Shown here piece after piece: positions 1 through 6,183 of a stretch of DNA of 32,000 nucleotides (the first letter of the stretch is position 1; every line of letters starts with the position of its first letter). Source of the stretch: Pseudomonadales bacterium (lineage in GTDB: Bacteria > Pseudomonadota > Gammaproteobacteria > Pseudomonadales > Endozoicomonadaceae); the NCBI GenBank assembly GCA_965201045.1, contig OZ241746.1:3851402-3883401 (forward strand). Direction: 5' to 3'. The translations under genes and the position numbers were made by a program. The notes beneath the pieces are model-generated. The model did not search any database, had not been told where the DNA came from, and saw nothing but the letters and a program-made list of their open reading frames with translations.

Positions 1-2
1 GA

Positions 3-728
3 GCCAGACAGCGTACAGTTCGTCTTATCAGTTTTAGTCTGCAAGATGCCGGTGCCGATGTTTTTGCTTCTGATATTGCTCATTCTACAACCGGTACACA
101 CTGTCGTCTTCACTTTAATAATACTACGTTTCCTGTACAACTAAGCTTTTATGGACACCATCAGGTTGCCAATGCCTGTGCAGCCACAGCAGCAGCGCTG
201 GCAGCCAATATGTCTCCTGAATTAATTATCAAAGGTTTGCAGGAAGCTCAGCCCTTTCAGCAGCGTGGACAGTGCTTTAAAGGATTCAACGGATCGACGG
301 TTATTGATGAAAGCTACAATGCTAACCCGGCTTCAGTGCGTGCTGCAATGGACGTATTACGTTCCTGCCAGGGGCAGCGCATTTTTGTATTGGGTGATAT
401 GGCAGAACTGGGTGATACCACTGAATCAGCTCACCGGCAAGTGGGTGAATATGCGCACCGCTGTGGATTTGAGCAATTGCTCACCTATGGTCATTCAAGT
501 CAACTGGCGGCAAAATGTTTTGGCGCAGAGGGAAAACATTTTGCAGATAAAGCCAGCCTGAATCACTATTTGCGTTCCTGCCTGTCGGCAGATACAACTG
601 TTTTAATTAAAGGCAGTAATAGCATGAAAATGCATGAAACAGTACAGGTCTGTACAGAAACAGGCAAGACACAAAAAACTTTTCTGAAACCGTACCGGTT
701 ATCACCCATAAAAAGGAATCTTAAGTAA
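3..728 (+). CDS. murF: UDP-MurNAc-tripeptide--D-Ala-D-Ala ligase MurF, 3' part (5' end is outside the window)
   Basis: The frame is open from base 3 (..[59 protein letters not shown]), which is typical of a Mur-ligase C-terminal domain. The TAA stop at 726-728 overlaps the mraY ATG (TAATG). It sits directly upstream of mraY, as in dcw clusters. Confidence 0.85.
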   Translation, partial: ARQRTVRLISFSLQDAGADVFASDIAHSTTGTHCRLHFNNTTFPVQLSFYGHHQVANACAATAAALAANMSPELIIKGLQEAQPFQQRGQCFKGFNGSTVIDESYNANPASVRAAMDVLRSCQGQRIFVLGDMAELGDTTESAHRQVGEYAHRCGFEQLLTYGHSSQLAAKCFGAEGKHFADKASLNHYLRSCLSADTTVLIKGSNSMKMHETVQVCTETGKTQKTFLKPYRLSPIKRNLK

Positions 729-1810
729 TGTTGTTCTGGCTGGCAAAGTGGTTATCAAATAATTATCACAGTTTTAATGTTTTTCATTATCTTTCCATGA
801 GAGGGATTCTCAGTGTTTTTACCTCATTAGCATTATCGCTTTGGGTCGGACCTGTAATGATCCGGTATTTGCAAAATAAGCAAATTGGTCAGTCTGTACG
901 TACAGACGGACCACAATCTCATTTGAGTAAATCCGGAACACCGACCATGGGAGGGTTGCTGATTCTTTTATCAATTACAGTAAGCTGTCTTTTATGGGGA
1001 GATTTGCAAAACATCTACTTATGGATTGTTATGCTGACAACACTAGCTTTTGGTGCCATTGGAGGCGTTGACGACTATCGTAAGGTGGTGCAAAAAAATC
1101 CCAGGGGATTACCTGCGAAATGGAAATATTTCTGGCAATCTCTGTTTGCAATCATTGTCATACTACTGTTGTTTTTTATGATAAAAGATCCCTGGGGAAT
1201 TAACCTGATTATTCCCTTCTGGAAGCAAGGCATGATTACTATCGGACCTGCTTATATTGTGTTGGCTTATTTTGTGATTACAGGCTCCAGTAATGCGGTT
1301 AATTTAACCGACGGTCTTGACGGACTCGCAATCATGCCGGTTGTTCTTGTGGCTAGCGGACTGGGTATTTTTACCTATCTTTCCGGTAATATTAAATTTG
1401 CTGATTATCTGCATATTCCTTTTATTCCGGGCACCGGAGAATTAGTTATTTTTGTTGGAGCGCTGGTGGGAAGTGGTTTAGGTTTTTTATGGTTTAATAG
1501 TTATCCGGCACAAGTATTTATGGGTGATGTGGGAGCACTGGCTTTAGGTGCTGCACTGGGTGTTATTGCGGTTATTATTCGTCAGGAAATTATTCTCTTT
1601 ATTATGGGAGGTCTGTTTGTTATTGAAACGGTCTCAGTCATTTTGCAGGTTGCCTGTTTTAAAACCACCGGGCGCAGAGTTTTTCGTATGGCGCCACTAC
1701 ATCACCATTTTGAATTAAAAGGATGGCAAGAACCAAAAGTTATTGTACGTTTTTGGATTATTACGCTGTTATTTGTTCTGACCGGGTTACTGTCATTAAA
1801 AATACGCTGA
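728..1810 (+). CDS. mraY: phospho-N-acetylmuramoyl-pentapeptide transferase MraY
   Basis: 360-aa polytopic membrane ORF carrying the hallmark motifs [37 protein letters not shown] and [14 protein letters not shown]. Confidence 0.97.
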   Translation: MLFWLAKWLSNNYHSFNVFHYLSMRGILSVFTSLALSLWVGPVMIRYLQNKQIGQSVRTDGPQSHLSKSGTPTMGGLLILLSITVSCLLWGDLQNIYLWIVMLTTLAFGAIGGVDDYRKVVQKNPRGLPAKWKYFWQSLFAIIVILLLFFMIKDPWGINLIIPFWKQGMITIGPAYIVLAYFVITGSSNAVNLTDGLDGLAIMPVVLVASGLGIFTYLSGNIKFADYLHIPFIPGTGELVIFVGALVGSGLGFLWFNSYPAQVFMGDVGALALGAALGVIAVIIRQEIILFIMGGLFVIETVSVILQVACFKTTGRRVFRMAPLHHHFELKGWQEPKVIVRFWIITLLFVLTGLLSLKIR

Positions 1811-1855
1811 CGTTTAAGAATGAATACAAAATAGTTTAGACAAATTCAGAAATAG

Positions 1856-2022
1856 GTTGTAGGTTTATAGGGTGGTTTGCCTTCGACTTTACTCAGCCAT
1901 CAGGGGTTTTGATTAGTTACGGGTTTTTGTGCTGGCTTTGACTCTGGTGGCTTCAACTCCACTTAGCGACTAGAGGTTATATTGGTTGCAGGTTTTTAAG
2001 CTGGCTGAGTGGAGTCGAAGTC
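1856..2022. repeat. Composite palindromic intergenic repeat (copy 1) downstream of mraY
   Basis: Inverted arms CTTCGACTTTACTCAGCC (1881-1898) and GGCTGAGTGGAGTCGAAG (2003-2020), plus a third direct arm CTTCAACTCCACTTAGC. There are three GTTnnAGGTTT..GCTGG submotifs. A near-identical copy lies at 3524-3690. Confidence 0.7.
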
Positions 2023-2120
2023 TGAATAAGCGCTTATTATAAGTCTAAGTAATTATATCATAAAGGATTATGTTCTCTGTTTGAATCTGAATCATTGTAT
2101 ACTGTCTTTCAGAATTACTT

Positions 2121-2759
2121 CTACCCACAAAGATCATGCACAACTTTAATGGCATCAACTGCTGTTCTTTTTAAAGGACCTTCTTCCCCACGGATAAAGC
2201 ACCATTGATCATGCATATCATCATCATAATTATAAGGAGCACCTTCATAGACACATTCTATTTTATCTCCATCAGCAGGATAAAAACAGCCAGATCCGCT
2301 AAACCCAATCCACCAGTTATTTCTTGAAGAGCTGTGTCCCTGGGCAAGCACGATATGAGGGAAGACATATTTTTTTCCGTTTTTATCATACAGTGTCAAT
2401 GTTCCTTTTACTACAAAATTGAGTTTTTTAGGAAAATGATTAAAAGCATTGTGTGATTTTTTATTGTCAGTAAAATTTTCAAAACATTTAGCCGTAGTTT
2501 TTGAGGCATGCCGGTCTGCTTTAATCTCAATCTTTAATCCATGGTCTTCTTCTGCACTTTTAGGGTCAATCTTTTTATTTGCAGCACAAGAAGAAGGAGA
2601 TGAAGGAGTGGAGGGGTCAACAGTAAAACTAACCTTGCTAACATCACCTTCAAAACGCACTTCATTTTTATCAAGTGCAAAACTATTAATGGTTAAAAAA
2701 ACAGTAGTGATTACGGAAGACGCAAGTAATACCAGTGAATAGAAAAAATTTTTATTCAT
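2121..2759 (-). CDS. Secreted Cys-rich hypothetical protein, paralog 1 (SP1, 212 aa)
   Basis: The N-terminus resembles a signal peptide (MNKNFFYSLVLLASSVITTVFLTINSFA/LD). The mature part is hydrophilic with several Cys. A paralog lies at 3782-4426. I recognise no family. Confidence 0.7.
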   Translation of the reverse strand: MNKNFFYSLVLLASSVITTVFLTINSFALDKNEVRFEGDVSKVSFTVDPSTPSSPSSCAANKKIDPKSAEEDHGLKIEIKADRHASKTTAKCFENFTDNKKSHNAFNHFPKKLNFVVKGTLTLYDKNGKKYVFPHIVLAQGHSSSRNNWWIGFSGSGCFYPADGDKIECVYEGAPYNYDDDMHDQWCFIRGEEGPLKRTAVDAIKVVHDLCG

Positions 2760-2778
2760 GAGAATCTCTTTTATTTTT

Positions 2779-2980
2779 TAATTGTCACATGTAGTATATA
2801 TTTTTATCAGTAGTTAAATCATTCGGTATGCTTATTAGATAAGTAAAAGCAATAATTATAGTGACTTGATACAAATCAAAAAAATATACAGCGTAAGCAT
2901 TATAAATATTATCCAAAAAAACTGATTAACCAGAATGTTTGGATTTGATGCTTAATATTGTATTAGATAGTTTTAGACAG
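2779..2980. repeat. AT-rich ~205-bp block upstream of the SP genes, copy 1 of 3
   Basis: The stretch TTAATTGTCACATGTAGTATATATTTTTATCAGTAG...GATAGTTTTAGACAG recurs at 3051-3254 and 4445-4647. It lies immediately 5' of the SP1 start codon, so it probably contains the SP promoter. Confidence 0.75.
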
Positions 2981-3040
2981 GAATTGTTCAATTGTTGCTG
3001 AAGTATTTTTTTACTGGTTATTTACACATCTGTGAAATGG
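2981..3040 (-). pseudogene. Orphan fragment matching the aroB 3' end and its downstream spacer
   Basis: GAATTGTTCAATTGTTGCTGAAGTATTTTTTTACTGGTTATTTACACATCTGTGAAATGG matches 4648-4707, which is the aroB stop plus the last ~6 codons, with a few mismatches. It marks a duplication junction. Confidence 0.7.
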
Positions 3041-3050
3041 TAAAAAATTT

Positions 3051-3254
3051 TTAATTGTCATATGTAGTATATATTTTTATCAGTAGTTAAATCATTCGTT
3101 ATGCTTATTAGAATAAGTAAAAACAATAATTATAGTGACTTGATGCAAATCAAAAAAATATACAGCGTAAGCATTATAAATGTTATCCAAAAAAACTGAT
3201 TAACCAGAATGTTTGGATTTGATGCTTAATATTGTATTAGATAGTTTTAGACAG
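3051..3254. repeat. AT-rich SP-upstream block, copy 2 of 3 (orphan, with no SP gene attached)
   Basis: Near-identical to 2779-2980. It abuts the mraY 3' fragment at about 3255-3258. Confidence 0.75.
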
Positions 3255-3257
3255 TAA

Positions 3258-3478
3258 TTATTCTCTTTATTATGGGAGGTCTGTTTGTTATTGAAACGGT
3301 CTCAGTTATTTTGCAGGTTGCCTGTTTTAAAAGTACCAAGTGCAGAATTTTTCGCATGGCACCACTGCACCACCATTTTGAATTAAAAGGATGGGAAGAA
3401 CCAAAAGTTATTGTACGTTTTTGGATTATTACGCTGTTATTTGTTCTGAACGGGTTACTGTCATTAAAAATACGCTGA
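3258..3478 (+). pseudogene. mraY 3' fragment (last ~70 codons), a duplicate of 1597-1810
   Basis: The 68-aa [71 protein letters not shown] matches the MraY C-terminus. The homology starts abruptly at ATTATTCTCTTTATTATGGG. Confidence 0.9.
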
Positions 3479-3523
3479 CGTTTAAGAATGAATACAAAAT
3501 AGTTTAGACAAATTCAGAAATAG

Positions 3524-3690
3524 GTTGTAGGTTTATAGGGTGGTTTGCCTTCGACTTTACTCAGCCATCAGGGTTTGGATTAGTTGTGGGTTTTTGTGCT
3601 GGCTTTGACTCTGGTGACTTCAACTCCACTGAGCAACTAGAGGTTATATTAGTTGCAGGTTTTTAAGCTGGCTGAGTGGAGTCGAAGTCT
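3524..3690. repeat. Composite palindromic intergenic repeat (copy 2)
   Basis: Arms at 3549-3566 and 3670-3687. It is a duplicate of 1856-2022 with a few substitutions. Confidence 0.7.
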
Positions 3691-3781
3691 GAATAAGCGC
3701 TTATTGTAAGGCTAAGTAATTATATCGTAAAGGATTGTGTTCTCTGTTTGAATCTGAATCATTGTATACTGTCTTTCAGAA

Positions 3782-4426
3782 TTACTTCCACACACAAAGA
3801 CGATGCACAACTTTAATGGCATCAACTGCTGTTCTTTTTCCAGGATCTTCTTCCCCACGGATAAAGCACCATTCATCAAGCATATCCTCATCGTAATTAT
3901 AAGAAGAACCTTCATAGGTACATTCTATTTTATCTCCTTCATCAGGATAATTACAGCCAGATCCGCTAAACCCAATCCACCAGTTATTTCTTGAAGAGCT
4001 GTGTCCCTGGGCAAGCACGATATGAGGGAAGACATATTTTTTTCCGTTTTTATCATACAGTGTCAATGTTCCTTTTACTACAAAATTGAGTTTTTTAGGA
4101 AAATGATTAAAAGCATTGTGTGATGTTTTATTGTCAGTAAAATTTTCAAAACATTTAGCCGTAGTTTTTGAGGCATGCCGGTCTGCTTTAATCTCAATCT
4201 TTAATCCATGGTCTTCTTCTGCACTTTTAGGGTCAATCTTTTTATTTGCAGCACAAGAAGAAGGAGATGAAGGAGTGGAGGGGTCAACAGTAAAACTAAC
4301 CTTGCTAACATCACCTTCAAAACGCACTTCATTTTTATCAAGTGCAAAACTATTAATGGTTAAAAAAACAGTAGTGATTACGGAAGACGCAAGTAATACC
4401 AGTGAATAGAAAAAATTTTTATTCAT
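3782..4426 (-). CDS. Secreted Cys-rich hypothetical protein, paralog 2 (SP2, 214 aa)
   Basis: It has the same signal peptide as SP1. The first ~155 aa are identical to SP1 except for one residue, and the C-terminal ~60 aa diverge. Confidence 0.7.
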   Translation of the reverse strand: MNKNFFYSLVLLASSVITTVFLTINSFALDKNEVRFEGDVSKVSFTVDPSTPSSPSSCAANKKIDPKSAEEDHGLKIEIKADRHASKTTAKCFENFTDNKTSHNAFNHFPKKLNFVVKGTLTLYDKNGKKYVFPHIVLAQGHSSSRNNWWIGFSGSGCNYPDEGDKIECTYEGSSYNYDEDMLDEWCFIRGEEDPGKRTAVDAIKVVHRLCVWK

Positions 4427-4444
4427 GAGAATCTCTTTTATTTT

Positions 4445-4647
4445 TTAATTGTCACATGTAGTATATATTTTTATGAGTAGTTAAATCATTCGGTATGCTT
4501 ATTAGATAAGTAAAAGCAATAATTATAGTGACTTGATACAAATGAAAAAAATATACAGCGTAAGCATTATAAATATTATCCAAAAAAACTGATTAACCAG
4601 AATGTTTGGATTTGATGCTTAATATTGTATTAGATAGTTTTAGACAG
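4445..4647. repeat. AT-rich SP-upstream block, copy 3 of 3
   Basis: Near-identical to 2779-2980. It lies immediately 5' of the SP2 start codon. Confidence 0.75.
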
Positions 4648-4688
4648 GAATTGTTCAATTGTTGCTGAAGTATTTTTTTACCGGTTAT

Positions 4689-5783
4689 TTACGCATCTGT
4701 AGAACGGTCAAAAAATCTATCTAGTGTTACATTGAGTGTGTCATAGTCAGCCTGACATTTTACTGCCTTTCCTATCCGTTGCAATATAATTAAATTGAGC
4801 TGACCAAATTCGGTTTTTTTATCCTGACACATTATCCTGATAAAGCTGTTGCGTTCAACATCATCTGGGATGCTAACGGGTAACTGTGCTTTTTTAAGCA
4901 GTGCTTTCAGACGAGACTTTTCTTCTTCTGCCAATAAGTTTAGCCGGCATGAATAATCTGTTGCCATCAGCATACCTACAGCAACTGCTTCACCGTGGAG
5001 CAGCCCTTTATAATGCTGTGATGCTTCTATTGCATGTCCAAAGGTGTGCCCAAAATTTAAAATTGCTCTTTTTCCCTGTTCTTTTTCATCTTCACAGACA
5101 ACGGCTGCTTTGCTTTTGCAGGAGTTGTATACAGCCTGTGCCAATAAGGTGTTGTCTCTGTCCACTAGACCGTCAATATGTTTATGCAGCCATTCATAAA
5201 AATTGTGATCACTAATAAGACCATATTTGATAACTTCAGCTAAACCGGCAACAAATTCTCGTTGCGGTAATGTTTTTAACATAGAAAGATCAGCCAGTAC
5301 ACACTGAGGTTGCCAGAAAGCGCCGATCATATTTTTTCCTGAAGGATGGTTGATGGCGGTTTTTCCTCCTACGGAAGAGTCCACCTGCGCTAACAATGTT
5401 GTAGGTATCTGAATAACCGGTATACCACGCCGGTAACAGGCAGCAGCAAAGCCAGTTATATCGCCAATTACCCCGCCTCCAAGCGCAATTAGCGTTGTTT
5501 TTTTATCACACTCATATTCCATTAGCCTATCAAATATCTTATTGAGCGTTTGCCAGTTTTTCCATTGTTCTCCATCGGGTAAAATAATTTCTTGTAACGG
5601 ATAATCAGTTAGTTTTGATTTAAGCGGTTGCAGATAAAGTGGAGCTATACGCTCACTGGTTACAATCACAACACGATTTTTACCAATGTGGGCTGAGAGA
5701 AGATCAGTTTTTTCATCAAGCAGATTATGTCCTATATAGACAGGATAATCGTGTGAGCTCGTTTTTATTGTTAGTATTTGCAT
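4689..5783 (-). CDS. aroB: 3-dehydroquinate synthase AroB
   Basis: Contains the motifs GGGVIGDITGFAAACYRRGIPVIQIPTTLLAQVDSSVGGKTAINH and NFGHTFGHAIE..LLHGEAVAVGM. The ORF is open up to 5852, but Met24 ([10 protein letters not shown].., ATG at 5783) gives a 364-aa product, which is typical AroB length. Confidence 0.93.
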   Translation of the reverse strand: MQILTIKTSSHDYPVYIGHNLLDEKTDLLSAHIGKNRVVIVTSERIAPLYLQPLKSKLTDYPLQEIILPDGEQWKNWQTLNKIFDRLMEYECDKKTTLIALGGGVIGDITGFAAACYRRGIPVIQIPTTLLAQVDSSVGGKTAINHPSGKNMIGAFWQPQCVLADLSMLKTLPQREFVAGLAEVIKYGLISDHNFYEWLHKHIDGLVDRDNTLLAQAVYNSCKSKAAVVCEDEKEQGKRAILNFGHTFGHAIEASQHYKGLLHGEAVAVGMLMATDYSCRLNLLAEEEKSRLKALLKKAQLPVSIPDDVERNSFIRIMCQDKKTEFGQLNLIILQRIGKAVKCQADYDTLNVTLDRFFDRSTDA

Positions 5784-6183
5784 TGTAATATTCAGCGAGT
5801 AGTAGTTTGTTTTGTTAAAAAATATCCTAGCTATTGTAGCAGGTATGTGCAACCAGTTATTATTCTGAATAGATTTTTTTTAAGTGTTCTGCATTAATCA
5901 GATCTATGTATTGACGTGATTTTATTAATTCTGTATAATGCCAAATAGCATATGCAGACAGAAAATGAGCAAAATTGTACTTTATCTCTCTCAAATCAAT
6001 ATTAAGCCGTGAATAACCTTCCAAAGTGTATCCATTTGATCGAGATTGCAAAAAGAAAAGGCTTGTAACTTATATGTTTAGTTCGCTACTTGTTTAAAAG
6101 TTACTCAAAGCTTTGGATGTAAAAAATCAAGGTTTATTTATATCAGTTATAGATTAATAACCATTTAAAAACAGGGGTATATA

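Noticed and set aside
5784-5852. 23-codon N-terminal extension of the aroB ORF ([23 protein letters not shown]).
   Set aside because: The internal Met ([10 protein letters not shown]) gives a canonical AroB length, and the extension has no AroB-like sequence.
5860-6051. 63-aa minus-strand ORF (MQSRSNGYTLEGYSRLNIDL...) between aroB and each LP gene, repeated in every unit (9178-9537, 13584-13928, 18291-18482, 23503-23697, 28123-28314).
   Set aside because: It starts at TTG with no SD. A T7/T8 homopolymer difference fuses it to the aroB stub in units 2 and 3, so the frame is not conserved. Its recurrence is explained by the recent duplication. It is more likely the non-coding aroB/LP divergent promoter region. 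A degraded gene remnant cannot be excluded.
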